Shown: piece after piece, positions 27,340 to 40,397 of the stretch | Position numbering within the stretch: the stretch's first letter is position 1 | How the letters are laid out: every line of letters begins with the position of its first letter | DNA from: Camelus ferus | Lineage: Eukaryota | DNA: 64,000 bases | Assembly: GCF_009834535.1 (NCBI RefSeq) | Contig: NC_045698.1 | Location: 8,372,001-8,436,000 of the forward strand | Direction of reading: 5' to 3' | Made by a program: the position numbers and the translations under genes | Notes under the pieces: generated by a model | What the model was told of the DNA's origin: nothing | The model's input: the letters and a program-made list of their open reading frames with translations, nothing else | Database searches by the model: none

Positions 27340-27969
27340 CATTATCACAATGTCAAAATGAGGCAACATTTCACATGCTCCAGAATTGGTGCAGTAAAGA
27401 CAGATAATAACAAATGTTGTCTAGGATGTGGAAAAACCATAATGTTCATATATTGCTGGTGGGATAGTAACTTTGAAAACAATTTGGCAGTTTCTTTAAA
27501 GTTAAACATAAACTCATCATACTCAGAAATTATACTCCTAAGAAGATATTCATGAAAAATGAAAACTTATGTCCATATGAAGAAATGCTCGCAAATGTTT
27601 ATAGAAGCATTATTCATAACCTACCCACACTGAAAACAATACCAATGTTTGTCAACTGAGAAATGGGTAAACAAAAGGTGGAATGTCTATACAATGGAAT
27701 AGTATTCAGCAAGTAAAAAGAACGAACTACTGATACATGCTAAAATATGCATGACTCTCAAAACCATTATGAAAAATGAAAGAAGCCAGAAGCAAAAGAT
27801 TACATACTTATGCTGTCATTTTAATGAAATATTTAGAAAAGGCAAAGCTATACAGTCAGAAAGTAAGTTAATAGTTGCCTGAAGCTGAGGATGAGAATGG
27901 TGATTAACTGAAAAACAGAAATGAGGGAATATTTTAGGGTATGGAGATTTGAAAACTGGATTGTGTTAG
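27340..27969 (+). mobile_element. old LINE-1 ORF2 end plus 3'UTR, cut off at the LTR
   Basis: ORF 27358-27555 includes KTDNNKCCLGCGK..YCWWD, resembling the L1 ORF2p C-terminus. 3'UTR motifs AATGAAAGAAGCCAGA and AAAACTGGATTGTG. Confidence 0.85.
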
Positions 27970-28631
27970 TGTTACTAGACTCCAGCTTGGATGCTCATTG
28001 CTCAAAAGCCAATACTTGAGAGATAAGTGTTAGTAAAAAGGAAAGGTTGCTTTATTCCAGAGAATGACAACCAGGGGAGAAGGTGGACTCATGTACAAAG
28101 GCCAACTCTCCAACGCCAGTCAGGGGGAAAGAGCTTTTAAAGGGGAGTTTCAGGGGTGTATAGGAGGAGGGAAAGGAATAGATGCAGAACAGCACAGACA
28201 GCTTTAAGAATCATCTTGAAATTAGTAATATGGTGATCTGATCAGCATCATCTTGATTGTTTTAAGTACAGTTAGGGTCATTTTTTCCCCATATCTTTGA
28301 GACCCATTCTCGGAACTGTGGCAGCTTATGTCACGTCTACAGTCTGGTCATCATGTAGATAACTTTTTCCACCTACTGGGGGTTTCAGTATCTACAAAAT
28401 AGCTCAAAGGACATGTCTCATAATATCATCTATAGCCCTGGCAGGAGAACTAAAGGTCCTTGACTTTGTCTAATGACTAGACTACTATTATTTTGTCCTG
28501 TTTGACTGCTTTCCTTTTGCTTCTGCACTTCCTCACTTCTCTGATTAAATTTATTCTTTGACAAAAGTTTTCTTCCAGACAAAATATAGGCTGAAGATGA
28601 GGAAGGCCCCACAGGGTCCTGCTCCATTTCA
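27970..28631 (-). mobile_element. ERV1-class solo LTR (tentatively MER41-like)
   Basis: Minus strand begins TGAAATGGAGCAGGACCC and ends AATAAAGCAACCTTTCC...AAGTATTGGCTTTTGAGC...TAGTAACA, giving TG..CA termini and an LTR polyA signal. The family label is from memory. Confidence 0.85.
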
Positions 28632-28639
28632 GCAGGGAA

Positions 28640-31600
28640 GCACTTCCAAGAATAAAGGTGTGACAAGCATCAGGGACCCTTTCCCTAATGAAACAAACAT
28701 AACTGCTCATATTGACTTTTAAAGAAAGCAACAACCATTTAAAGTCTCTGGAAATTATTTTAAAGGCGTACAACAAATGGAGAACTTTTTACTCAAGATA
28801 ATCAACTAAATCTTGGAAAGAAGAGAGTCTGTGGCATTTGAACCATAGCGCACTCCCCTCCTTGCTGGGAAATGGGATGAGAGCTCCACTCTGAGTGGCT
28901 GGAACAAGTAGGCAGGGTTCCCTCTCTCAGCACCCCCAGGTCTAGGGCTGTAGTTTCTTCTCAAGAAGGGCAATCTCCCAGCACTACGTCTCCCCTGCAG
29001 CTCCATCTTGCAGAAGCTCTATTTCAGGCCACGTGGCTGTGAGGTCTAGAGCAGTCATCTCTCCCCCAGCCCAATTTATACAGTGGAAGCTCTGTCTCAG
29101 CTGCAGCAAGCTGACAATACTTGGCTCTAACTGGTCTTCCCCTAGCTTGCTTATAAGGAGATGGTTCCATGCCCAGAGAGGCAAGCTGAGAAGACCAGGA
29201 ACTACCATCCCAGCTCAGTACCCTGCTCACAGAGCAGGAGTGTTGCCCCCCAAAAAGTGAGCCATGTCCTGGCCCCCACCTCCAGAGCAGTGGTGCAGAT
29301 GCTCTGCACAAAGGGGGCAGCAAGGTATAAGGACAGAGAGCTCCAGTTCTCTCCCTAATGTGACCGAATGAATTTGAAATGGAGCAGAGGGAATTTCAAG
29401 ACTAAGGATTTATTGAAAACAATGAAGATCTTAGTGGCAAGCAAGTAAGAGAAGGCTAGCAGCTGCATGCATGCTAGCAATTAATGACATGGCAGAGCAG
29501 CTAGAAGTTTACCAAGAGAGAATCCAGGAAAGAGACAGCTATGAAGACAGGTCCAGGGATTGCAGTAAATCTCAAAGGTCCAGGAGATCAAAGAATGAGA
29601 CAGTGAAAGAGAGCCTGGCTAAACCGAAGCCAACCATGCAGTGGGGGAGGGCATGGAGTGAGCCTGTGGATATGCCCAAGGATGGACCCTTTGGGGAACA
29701 TCATCAGGTGCTGACCAGGGAAAACAGACCCCACGGAACCAGTCCAGCCAGGTTACTGAAAAATAAATGAGCAAACAGAACAACAAGCCCAGGCATGTGT
29801 GCTGGAGAAGGGATCAGTATTTAGAATTTCTGCTATATATTATCTATACTTTCTAAAATGTCATGGTTTCAACCAAAAAGTTAAGAGACATACAAAGAAA
29901 TGGGAAAGCATGACTCATAAAAAGGACAAAAAAAAAAAAAAAACAAAAAAAAAACTCAGACATTAGAAAGTGCTGTTGAAGGGGCCCAGACAGTAGGCTT
30001 AGCAGACAAAGATTTCAAAGCAGTTATTATAAATATGTCCAGAGAACTAAAGAAAACCATGTTTAAAGAATAAAAGGAATGTGTGAACAATGACTAATCA
30101 AACACAGAATATCAATAGATAGAAATTATCAGAGCGAACCAAGTAGAAGTTCTGGAGTCGAAAAGTACAGTAACTAAAATGAAAAATTCACTAGAGAGGA
30201 TCCACGGTAGGTCTTAGTTGGCCACCGAAAAATGCAGTAAACTTGAAGATGGAACAATAGAAATTATGCAGCCTGAAAATCTGAGAAGAAAGGAAGAAAA
30301 CTGAACAGAGCCTAAGGGAAGGTGGCACACATTATGATTCCACTATACATATAAAAGTGTAAAAGGAGTACCAGCAGGATAAGAGAGAAAGAGATAGAAG
30401 AAAAAAATCAAATAAATAATGATGGTAAACTTCTCCAATTCAGTAGGAAACATTCACCTACACATCCAGGAAGCTCGATAAGCTTCAAGTAGGATAAACA
30501 CAGAGAGATTCACACCCAGACACACCATAGTTAAAATGCTGAAAAGACAGTAAGAAATCTTGAAAGCAGATAAAGAAAAATGACTCCTTATTCACAAGGG
30601 AACACAAGTAAAATGAACAGTTGATTTCTCCCCTGGAACAGTGAAGGCAACAAATCGGTGGGATGAAATAGTCAAAGTACTGACAGAAAAATAAACTGTC
30701 AGCCAAGAATCTTATATTCAGCAAAACCATCTTTCTAAGGAAAGGTGAAATAAATATATTCTTAAATAAACAAAAACCAAGGGATTTGTTGCTACCACAC
30801 CCATCTTACAGGAAGCACTAAGGAAACGTCTTCAGGCTGCAAGTATATGACACCAGACATTAACTGAAATCAGCATGAAAAAACCAAGAGCACCTTTCAA
30901 GGTAGTTTGGACTTACAAAAGACAGGGTACATGTTTATTTCTTCCCCTTTCATCTCTTACCTAATTTTAAAAGCAACTGAATAAAACAATATGTGTATAT
31001 CATTGTAATATTCCTCCTGTAGCCCATATAAATACATTCAACAAAAATGCCACAAAGGAAGTAGATGGGAGGAAAGCATGATTAGGTTAAGAAAATACAC
31101 CAGACCATAAACAGAATACTCAGAAACAAATGAAATGGAAAGAACCAAAAATGGTTTAAAAAAATTCTGTAAATATATTCCTGATCTCCTTTCTCCTCTC
31201 AGTTTCTTTTAAAGACACAAAGGTATACAAAGTACAATTGTAACGATACGTATTTGGTTTTGTAATGGAACACGGATAGATGTAACACTATAACAATAAA
31301 AGCACAAAAAATAGGAAGAAGGAAATAAGCCATCATAGGATAACTTTTCTATAGCGCCCTGGAGTTAAGTTACTATAAATCTGATAAATTAGTTTGTATA
31401 TTGAGGCCCTTAGGCAGCCATAGTCAGCCCTCCATATCCACGGATTCCACATCAGTAGATTCAACCAACCGGATTGAAAATATTTGGGGGAAAAATTCCA
31501 GAAAAGTTTTCCCAAAAGCAAAACTTATACTGGCTGTGCACTAGCAAATATTTACATGGCATTTACATTGTATTTACAACATTTACATTGTACTTATATT

Positions 31601-32435
31601 GTACAAGGCAATGTAAGTAATCTAGAGATGGCTTAAAGCGTACAGCAGAATACGCGTAGGTTATATGCAAGCCCCGTTTTACACAAGGGACTTGAGCATT
31701 TGTGGGTTTGATATCTTGGAACCAATTCCTTGTGGGACAACTGCACTAAGAAAACAATGAACAAATGTAGTTAAAAAGCATTAAAAGGCTTAAAATACTA
31801 CACTAGAAAATATTCACTCAATTCAAGAGAAAACAAGAAGGTGAATAGAGGAACCAAAAAAGATACGAGACATACAGACAACAAAAAGAATGGCAGACAT
31901 AAATTCAACTACTGCAAACATTGACGCATATGAATTAAATCATCCAATCAAAAGCACAGACTGTCATACTGGACAACAAGAAAAAAATCCCACAAAAAAC
32001 ACAACGTCTAACTGTATGCTATCCAGAGAAGACACCCTTTAGATTCAAAGAAATAAACAGATTGAAAATAAATGGATGGGAAAAGGTATACTGTGTAAAC
32101 AGGAAAAAAAAAAAATAAGAGAGGACCTGAATGGCTATTTCAATATTAGACAAAATAAACTTCAAACAAAACAATTTTACTAAAGATAAAGAGGGATTTT
32201 TTTTAATAATAAAAGGGTCAATCCAACCAGAAGATGTCATACATACAATGAGACTACTGAACCCCAAAATACACAAGGCAAAAATGGACAGAATTAAAGG
32301 AAGACATGGAAAAGTCTGCAGTTTTAGTTGGAGATTTAAATGTTCCATTTACAGTAATGAATAGAAAAACTTGACAGAAACATAGATCAGTGGGATAGAA
32401 TTGAAAGCGTAGAAATAAACTTGCATGTATCCGGT
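28640..32435 (+). mobile_element. old LINE-1 5' portion (5'UTR, ORF1, start of ORF2 endonuclease), degraded
   Basis: ORF1-type A-rich segments (GACAAAGATTTCAAAGCAGTTATTATAAATATG; AAGAATCTTATATTCAGCAAAAC). ORF 32131-32364 reads AISILDKINFKQNNFTKDKEGFFLIIKGSIQPED, which is L1 endonuclease domain. Confidence 0.9.
31421..31743 (+). mobile_element. TcMar-Tigger MITE (MER2/Tigger3 group) nested in the L1
   Basis: AGTCAGCCCTCCATATCCACGGATTCCACATCAGTAGATTCAACCAACC...GTAATCTAGAGATG...GGGACTTGAGCAT...GGGACAACTG. Confidence 0.9.
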
Positions 32436-32599
32436 TAGCACTGAAATTCTTCATAGCCCCCTTTTCTGTTGGATACAGACTTTCTTAACACATTCCAGTC
32501 TGATTCCATAACTTTGTAGTTGTATTAAGTTATTAAAAACAATGTCCAGGGCATTGCAATATTTAAGGGAAAAATAGGAGAAAATGAGACAGTGATTGA

Positions 32600-33000
32600 A
32601 ATAAGAAGAATTTTAGAAAAGGGAACAAGAAAACCGGTGCTAGAAAATTCAGGATGAAAACAGTTTCCTACATGCGCGGCCCAGAGCATCACATGCTATG
32701 AAGATGTCAATAGGTTAAGAAACCAAAAGAGGCTACTATCTTGGCAACCTGAAGCTCACGACCTTTAGGGCAATTTTAATGCCATATTGTGGGCAGAAGA
32801 CTTAGCCAGTTGGTTGAAAGATCAATAGGAAATGAGGAACAAGAGGCAAAGAGCATACAGTACCCTTTCAAGGCATCTGATGGTGACAGCAAGGGAAGGA
32901 CAGCTTGGAAAGAGGGGGGAAAAGGGTCAGATTTCTTCCCCATAAATCTAGGATGGAAGCAATGATTTGGGCATGCTTTTAGGCAAAGAATATGGAGCAG
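32600..33000 (-). mobile_element. degraded LINE-2 fragment
   Basis: Purine-rich antisense L2 motifs (ATGCTATGAAGATGTCAATAGG; TTGGCAACCTGAAGCTCAC..GACCTT; GGGCAGAAG). Confidence 0.5.
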
Positions 33001-36000
33001 TGGGACGAGTGTTATTAACAATTTGAGAAGTAATAGGTTACGAAGATTCAGAAGAACATGGACAGAAAAGAGTGGAGGTGTGGTTAAACATTACGTTTAG
33101 AAAGAAGGCATCACCCCTGAGAAAGGGGTAATGACTGGACAGAAGGGGCGAAACTGGAGTCTTCAAGTCCCCTCCTGAGCATGAGGGAAACGAAAGCGGG
33201 GAGGAAGCCTGAGGGAGGCAGGGCACGGAGGGGCAGACACGGGGCTCGCCACAAGCTTGTTTACTGAATACTGAACTAATTCCACAGGCTGTTTAAGAGT
33301 TGAGATTGGCAGGATGGATCTTTCATCATTTCTGAAGGGACGTTAGGGACATTTCTCTTATTAATGTCTGCAGTTCTCCAAATTGCTCCAAATTCTTTTC
33401 CAAAATCACCGCATCTCCTCAGCCACATCTCAGAACTCTAATACGCACATCTTATTTCTAACATTCATTTTTGTTTGTTTGGTTTTATGGCTGTACTTTA
33501 GTAAATCAGCCCGTTACACTCCTCATAGGAGAGCGCGTACTTTCTCTTCTTACATGGTAGATAGGCTATTTTTTTTAACCCCTTGTTTCCGGAGTCCTTT
33601 TCAGTCTTGCCTTGCAGACCTGCTGCCTGGGACCGGGAGCATCTCTGGGTTCTGTCAGCAGATCAGCTCCCAGCCCTCCCTAGTCCTCTACACTAACCAG
33701 CTTTTCCTGCCTGGGCTCTGAATTCCTCTTTCCTTTACTTTACATCATAAATCAAAGCTCCTCCATTAACTTGAGGTCTTCTAGAAATGTGTTAAAATTC
33801 TTCATGTTTTAAAGCCCTTTCAGCATCAACAGTTTAATCCCAATGCATTCATGATTCTACTATCACTTGAATGGAGTTTTAGAGGAGATGAAAGAAAAAC
33901 TGAGAAAAACCTGCCCCCTAAATCAACACTACAAATGATCCATTGATATATAACCCATTTGGCCTGTATATTACGCTTCCAGTGGAAATGAAACACACAC
34001 ACATACATGCACACAAACTGTTTTATAAAGTTAGCTATGGAATATTCTGTAGCTGTAACTACTGCCAGTTTCAAACCTATTTTTGCCCCAGGATCATTCT
34101 AAAGGAAATAATCAGCTTTGTCTTCCCCTTCCTCCTGTTCTGGGATGAAATATCTATTAAAGCAGGAAGTAATTTTTGTGAAGGAGTATGCCGCTTTGCC
34201 ATATCCACCCAGATAGAGGTTATAGCAGAGATTTCCTGTCCTCAGTAACTATGGAAATAAAATTTTTACCAGAAAGAGAATATAGACCTGGGGTGGGAGA
34301 AGTTGTGCAAATGACTCATACACACCAATAAGAGGCAGTTGTGATCATGCAGGCAACCTTCAGTGAGTTATTTCTACTTCCCTCCTGCTTATTTCCCACC
34401 CTCCGGTACAACCTGGCAAGCAATCTCTACCACTTGAAAAAGTGGAACTATCTTAATCAAAGAAAATCAGGTCCAATGTTCGAGTTTGGAAGACACTTCT
34501 GAAACATGATCAACTGTGTTATCTTGGCAACCTGCTGGAGTGCAACCATTTGGAGCAGATCTATTTATCAATACACGCAGAGAGCAAGCTTAAGACTTGC
34601 ACATTGGTGCTGAACGGAGCATGAAGAAAGCACAGGGGAGACCACATAAATATTAAGCAATGACCTTCCGTTTGGAAGTTGGAGGCAATTCCTCACATGG
34701 ACTTTTATGCATTTAGAATTTATTTCTCTGGGTTCCAAGGTGCAGGCAGATTGCACAAGGAATAAATAATATCATGATCCAGAAAACCATGTGGGAAGAA
34801 AGGGCTACTGGGAGAAAAAGTAGTCACTACCTCAAATAGATGGCAATTTCAGAATAACAAGACAGCCATTTCATTTCGGAACTGTAAAATTTTAAAAGAA
34901 AAACAACACCTTCAAAATACAATCATGACCTTGGAAAATATACACTTATTTTCTTTTTTAAATATTTCTAAGTGCCCTCTGAATGTTTAAATAACTAATA
35001 GAGGAAAAGTGTATGTCCCCGAGTAGACTGAGTTCTTGCCAATGAACCATTCTAATAGAACACACAACTCAGGGGTATAGAGATATATTAAAAGACTGTC
35101 TTGCTAACAGCTCCCTTGAAAAAATGAATGCAGATGCCCAAAGCAGTTGAAAAGTTGGCTTTGGCTCAAACATAATGTGCGTCAGAAATATTTTCATCTT
35201 GAGAATATGCATATCAATACCTAGCTCTTAATTTTCCCCCAACTACCTTTCCTTCAAATTTTTGAGACAAGTTGCTCTTATTTGAAATGCTTCTTAGTTG
35301 TATATGAAAATCTCTTAGTATAGAATTCCAGCTCTTTAGCATCAGAACGACCTACTCCAAATTGGCACACACCAATATTCCACAGTATCCATTTCTAACT
35401 CACACGAATGTCTCAGCCCTTATTTTGAAAATTACAATAATGACCTTTATATTCTGCTAACGATATAAAAAACGAGGTATGTTAAAGACCAGCCCAACCA
35501 TCTATTCACCAAATAATAACTGTTAATAAAATACACACGTTTTGGGTTTTTTTTTTTTTCTAATTATTATCTATGATTCATTTTCCAAACCTACTTTGGT
35601 TTCTCCTCTCTCCATTCAAAAGTTACCAAAACATATTATCCTGAAACTGGAGGAGACATTAGAGATTATCTAATCGAAAGCCTCACCTTTTAGGTAAAGA
35701 CATTGGGGCCCAGAGAAGCAACATATAGAAGGATATAGGTTAATCTGCTTAAGAAAAGTAATACCTTATAACAAGTTTTCAGTAAAACCTAATGTAAAGA
35801 ACTGGTCTCCAAAGTCTTTGATTTTAATGGAAAAAGATAATAGCCTCTCCCATTCTCTCTCTCTCTCTTTTTTTTAATTAAAATGAATTAGTTCCAGACT
35901 TTTAAAAGTTTTGTTAATATATTCTGAGAACTTTAGATTAGATGAGGGGATGCTGTTTTGCCCCTCCTGGAGATTAATGGCTCACGTCCAGGCTTGGCTA

Positions 36001-36042
36001 TGGCATATCTCTTCTCTATGGACCTATAAAGAATATGCCTCC

Positions 36043-36706
36043 CGTTCCTTAAAAAACTAGTTACCAAGTGATCCAGCAATACTCCTCCCAGACACATATC
36101 CAGGAAAGATGAAAGTTCTAATTCGAAAAGATACATGTACCCCATTGTTCATAGTGGCACTATTTATTCCACCAAAATGTGGAAGCAATCTACATGTCTA
36201 TCAACAGATGACTGGAGAAAGTAGCTGTGGTATATATAAATGATAGAATACTACTCAGCCATTAAAAAGAATCAAAGAATGCCACTGCAGCAACATGGAT
36301 GGACCTAAAGATCATCGTATCAAGTGAAGTCAGACAGAGAAAGACAAATAACATGTGATACCACTTATATGTGAAATCTAAAAAATAGTACAAATGAACT
36401 TATTTACAGAATAGGAAGAGACTCACAGACATAGAAAGCAAACTTATGCTTACCAAAGTGGAAAAGGGGGAGAGGTGAGGGCTAAATTACGAGTTCAGGA
36501 TTAGCAAATAGAAACTACTGTATATAAAATAGATAAACAACAAAGTCCTACTGTACAGCACAGGGAACTATAGTCAATAGCTTGTCATAAACTATAATGG
36601 AAAAGAATCAAAGAAAGAATATATATATACATATACCTGAAACTAACACAATATTGGAAGCCAACTATACTTCAATTTAAAAAATGATAGTAAAAAATTT
36701 TTTTTA
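36043..36706 (+). mobile_element. 5'-truncated LINE-1 with perfect 15-bp TSD
   Basis: GATCCAGCAATACTCCTCC...AAAAGATACATGTACCCC...CAACTATACTTCAAT. TSD AAAGAATATGCCTCC at 36028-36042 and 36707-36721. Confidence 0.95.
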
Positions 36707-37289
36707 AAAGAATATGCCTCCAGACTAAGTAATCCATTCCTAAAAGTTCTGCCAAGGGTTCTGTCGCTAGACAATCCAGTCCCTCAGAAAGCTAGTAACG
36801 CTTATCTTTGGTATTTTATATTATGTTTCCTAATCTTTTATTTATGCCTTAATTCTACTGTCAATTCAAAAAAATTAGCAAGCAGCACCAGCACTAGTCT
36901 AAGGCACAACTGCTACTCCAGCAACAGACTGGATGCCTTAATTCTCATTGTTAGCTCAGCACAAGCCCTGAATTTTTCTGAATCCCATTTAATTCTCTAA
37001 TTCTAGAGTGTCCCTTTGAATTACAAATATGTTCCCCGGAAAAAAGTCATTACGTGCACACCAGCTGTGTCTATAACTGAACAGAACATGGGTGCCCACT
37101 ACTCTCTTTCTAGTAACCCCAATTTCGGAACAAGGCTAGCTAGATTTTTACTGCTTCATAAAAAAGCATTCCATAATTGAGCACAGTTCAACTATCCTCC
37201 TGGTTTTGGCCAATCATTTCCATTGGAACTGAAAAGAACTAACTTGAGAACTCAAAGAGACAGGACATCTCAGTACAAACCGTCTTCAT

Positions 37290-37509
37290 CAGTGGCTTTC
37301 CAAAGGGAGCAGTTCTGCCTCCAAGGAGTATCTGATGATGTCGAGGGATGTCTTTGATAGTTCAAACTGGGGCGAGGAGGTGCTGCCCGGTGCCACACAT
37401 AGTCATCTAGGGGGAGAGGCCAGCAACGCCACTGAACATCCTGCAAAGCACAGGACAGCACACACGGCAAGGACGTCCGAAACATCAGAAGCCAGGGGAG
37501 AGAGCCCTG
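37290..37509 (+). mobile_element. hAT-Charlie MER20
   Basis: CAGTGG...TTCTGCCTCCAAGG...CATCTAGGGGGAGAGGCCAG...TGAACATCCTGCAAAGCACAGGACAGC...CCCTG, about 220 bp. Confidence 0.8.
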
Positions 37510-37512
37510 ATC

Positions 37513-37670
37513 TGAGTTCTCGCGGCTCAGAGTGTTGTCCTTATACCGGCAGCTCTGCGCTTTTCTAGGAGCTTCTTAGGAACTCGAGTCCCACCACGGG
37601 CTACTCAATCAGTCTACATTAGCAAGTTCACAAGGTGATTCAGGCAGATTGTCAAGCTTGAGAAGCACGG
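37513..37670 (+). mobile_element. hAT-Charlie MER5-like relic
   Basis: CTACTCAATCAG...CAAGGTGATTC...AAGCTTGAGAAGCAC terminal motif. Confidence 0.6.
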
Positions 37671-38679
37671 ATTATACAATACTTAGTCAGTCCTTAAGTG
37701 CTTTAAAACATCATCTGTCTTGTAGCCCAAAAGAATACCCTGAACTTAAATAATAGGCTCGCTGTGACAGCATCCTGGCTTTAACACAGTATTACCATAA
37801 TTATCTCTAGTTCCACTGGATATTAGTAATTGTTACACACACCAAAAATCCATTGCTCAATAGTATGAAAAGTTCTAAGAGAGCAAACTTAAATGTACTG
37901 GAATCTCTAATAGGCTAATGCTCCTTAATCACCTCCAAGAAAGAGCTGCCACAGGTACCATTTCCCCAAATCACTTAACCATGGGATCTGTTTTCCCTCG
38001 GAGCATTTAATAGACCTAAGGTTTCGCAGAACACATTTTCTTTTTCTCAGCATGGGAACTGAAGAGAAACTGATTAAAGTTCAGATCTCTCTCAATAGAG
38101 TCTTGAATTAGTTATTACCTAAGATACTACACGTCACTTCAACAAAAGATAAAACTCAAGGGCTGCCTTGACAGTGGAGAATCTCTCAGGTCCTGTTGCA
38201 GGTTGAAAGGACAAACAAACCTGAAGGCGAAATCTCCTTGTTCAGAAAACGTATTACAAGACGCATGCTTCTCTCAAATTATCTGACTGCTCTAGTGATA
38301 TAATTTCTTCAGTATGTAACAGAAAAAAAAAATCATTTCACAAGCAATTCTTGGGCACAAATTGCAAACTAGAAGGTAAAAAAAACCTAAGTAATTGCAT
38401 GCCAATGGTGACTTTATTATGCACATAAATTATGTGGAGTCACAGACTGTCTCTTTTCATCATTAGTGATATTAAGGTTTATTTAAGACTCACTTAATGA
38501 ATAGAATCACTATACCTTTGCAAAAACCATGGACATTTCCTTAGCAATTAACAATCCCTTATGTATGCAACAGACTAAGTTTGAATCCCTGGCATTTAAT
38601 ATTGATATGCAGTTATCTATAAATAAACAGTGTCACACTACAAGGGGAAAAAAAAGCGTACCTTTATAACTGTAAATAA

Positions 38680-38905
38680 TGGTGAAAAGATAGAATTTGG
38701 AGTCACATATCTGGGTTCAAACCTCAACAACCCCCCATATTAAGGTCTGAATTCCCCATGCCTGGCATCCCTGGCTGCATAAAAGGACAGGGCTACACCT
38801 TCCTCATTAAACTCCTGCATGAATGTGGCAGGAGAGATACAGGCCTTGAGAGCACAGAGTCTTGTACATAATAAGGGATCACTCTGCCAGCAATTACTAT
38901 CATTA
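38680..38905 (+). mobile_element. MIR SINE relic
   Basis: GGTGAAAAGA...TTTGGAGTCACATATCTGGGTTCAAACCTC...CTTGAGAGCACAG...TACATAATAAG. Confidence 0.65.
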
Positions 38906-39459
38906 CATTTAAAAAAAATGCATTTTTAAGGCTTCTTATCTACCCAGACATCATTGGGTGAAAAACAATTGTTTCCATTTATCAAAGTCATTCTGTTGAA
39001 CAGAACTTCTGAAGGAAAAAAGAGCCCGATCACCTCTGACAAACAGTGGTGAGATAAAGGGTTAATGAGGCAACTCCATCCTGCTGGTCAGTGGAGCGAG
39101 ACACGCCGGAGCCACAAGCTCTACGTGCAACCCTGAACAGTACCTCCCTTTTGCTGAGCATCGCATTCACGCGGGATAGAAAAAAAAAATCAAGTGTTTA
39201 CTGTGAGACGCACGGGGAGTTCAAGGCGTTGGGCAGGGGTTTTTCTCAAGGGCTCCATGCGCGTCTTCGAGGTCATTCTGAGCACAGGTGCTGGATTCTG
39301 GAGAAGGTGAGCCATTCTTCCCTTTCCAGATTCCATGTGAAATGACTGAACAGTGTGATTCTCTCACAGAACAGTCAGCAGAGAGGTACGTCTGCATGCT
39401 CTCCGACATTCTGCTCTAACGCGCACAACGTGAGAGGTCGGTGCAGATGCTGCAAACAT

Positions 39460-39680
39460 CACTGGTCCAGGAACAAGGCGAGCCCACCTCCAACCTCAGT
39501 TCTACTGTGCCTGTCCAGGTCCTATTAGAAAAGTCATTTAGTCTCGTTTGGCATCTGTTTCCTTCTCAGAACAAGAGTAAAAAGAAATGTTTTGTTTTGT
39601 TGTTTTGCTCCACTCACAAGGTTCTTGAAATAATTCATTTAGGTAATATAAAATAATTCGCATGTTTAAAATGATAAAGC
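39460..39680 (+). mobile_element. MIR SINE relic
   Basis: CTCAGTTCTACTGTG...AAGTCATTTAGTCTC...CATCTGTTTCCTT...CACTCACAAGGTTCTTG. Confidence 0.5.
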
Positions 39681-39904
39681 TGTTCATTGATTCCATTACA
39701 CTCCCTTTTCTTTATGGGGCACGACATAGTCACATCTTTCTCTCATAAGGCTGAAGGTAATTGCTGTTGGTTCTTCTCAGTGGATATTAAATTGTACTTG
39801 ACATGGAAGATCAGGGAAAATTTGTCTCAAAAGTGAAAAAAAGACACAAAGACTTGAAAACAACTGTGTACCCCAATTACACATAGTGAAGTCAAGGTGT
39901 AGCT

Positions 39905-40370
39905 ATTCACCGGAGACTGCTGGAGCATCATCGTGTGTCAGATGCTGTCCAGGTGTTTGGACATCAGTGATGAAACCACAAAAAACCCTGAGCTCATGGA
40001 ATTCAGATTCTAGCAGATGGAGGCAGAAAGTAAATAATGATTATTATAACAAATTATATATTCTGTTGGAAGACACTACTCGTGTATTTAAAAAAAAAAA
40101 AAAGAATGGTAGAAGAGGGGATAGGAGATAGGGAGGCTGCAAGTGAAAACAGGATAGTCAAAGTGGTGTCCTAGGGACAGTGACACTGGCCTAAGAGTTG
40201 GAGGTAAGGAAGCCAGTCATGTGGACTTCTGAGGGATGAGCTTTCCAGGCAGAGGAAAGAGCAGTGCAAAGGCCCTGAGGTTAAGCAAAACTGGTGTGCC
40301 CAGGCCTGCAGTGGAGCTCAGCAAGGTGGGCAGAGCTGGGGCAGCCAAGAAGTGATAGGAGGTTGGCCAT
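39905..40370 (-). mobile_element. LINE-2 3' fragment
   Basis: CCCTGAGCTCATGGAATTCAGATTCTAG...TTTCCAGGCAGAGGAAAGAGCAGTGCAAAGGCCCTGAGG, a classic antisense L2 signature. Confidence 0.85.
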
Positions 40371-40397
40371 CACCGTCAGGTCCTAATGGAAGAGGAA

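Noticed and set aside
28806..29770. Cluster of ORFs in a GC-richer segment
   Set aside because: Lies in the 5'UTR region of the old L1; no recognisable protein.
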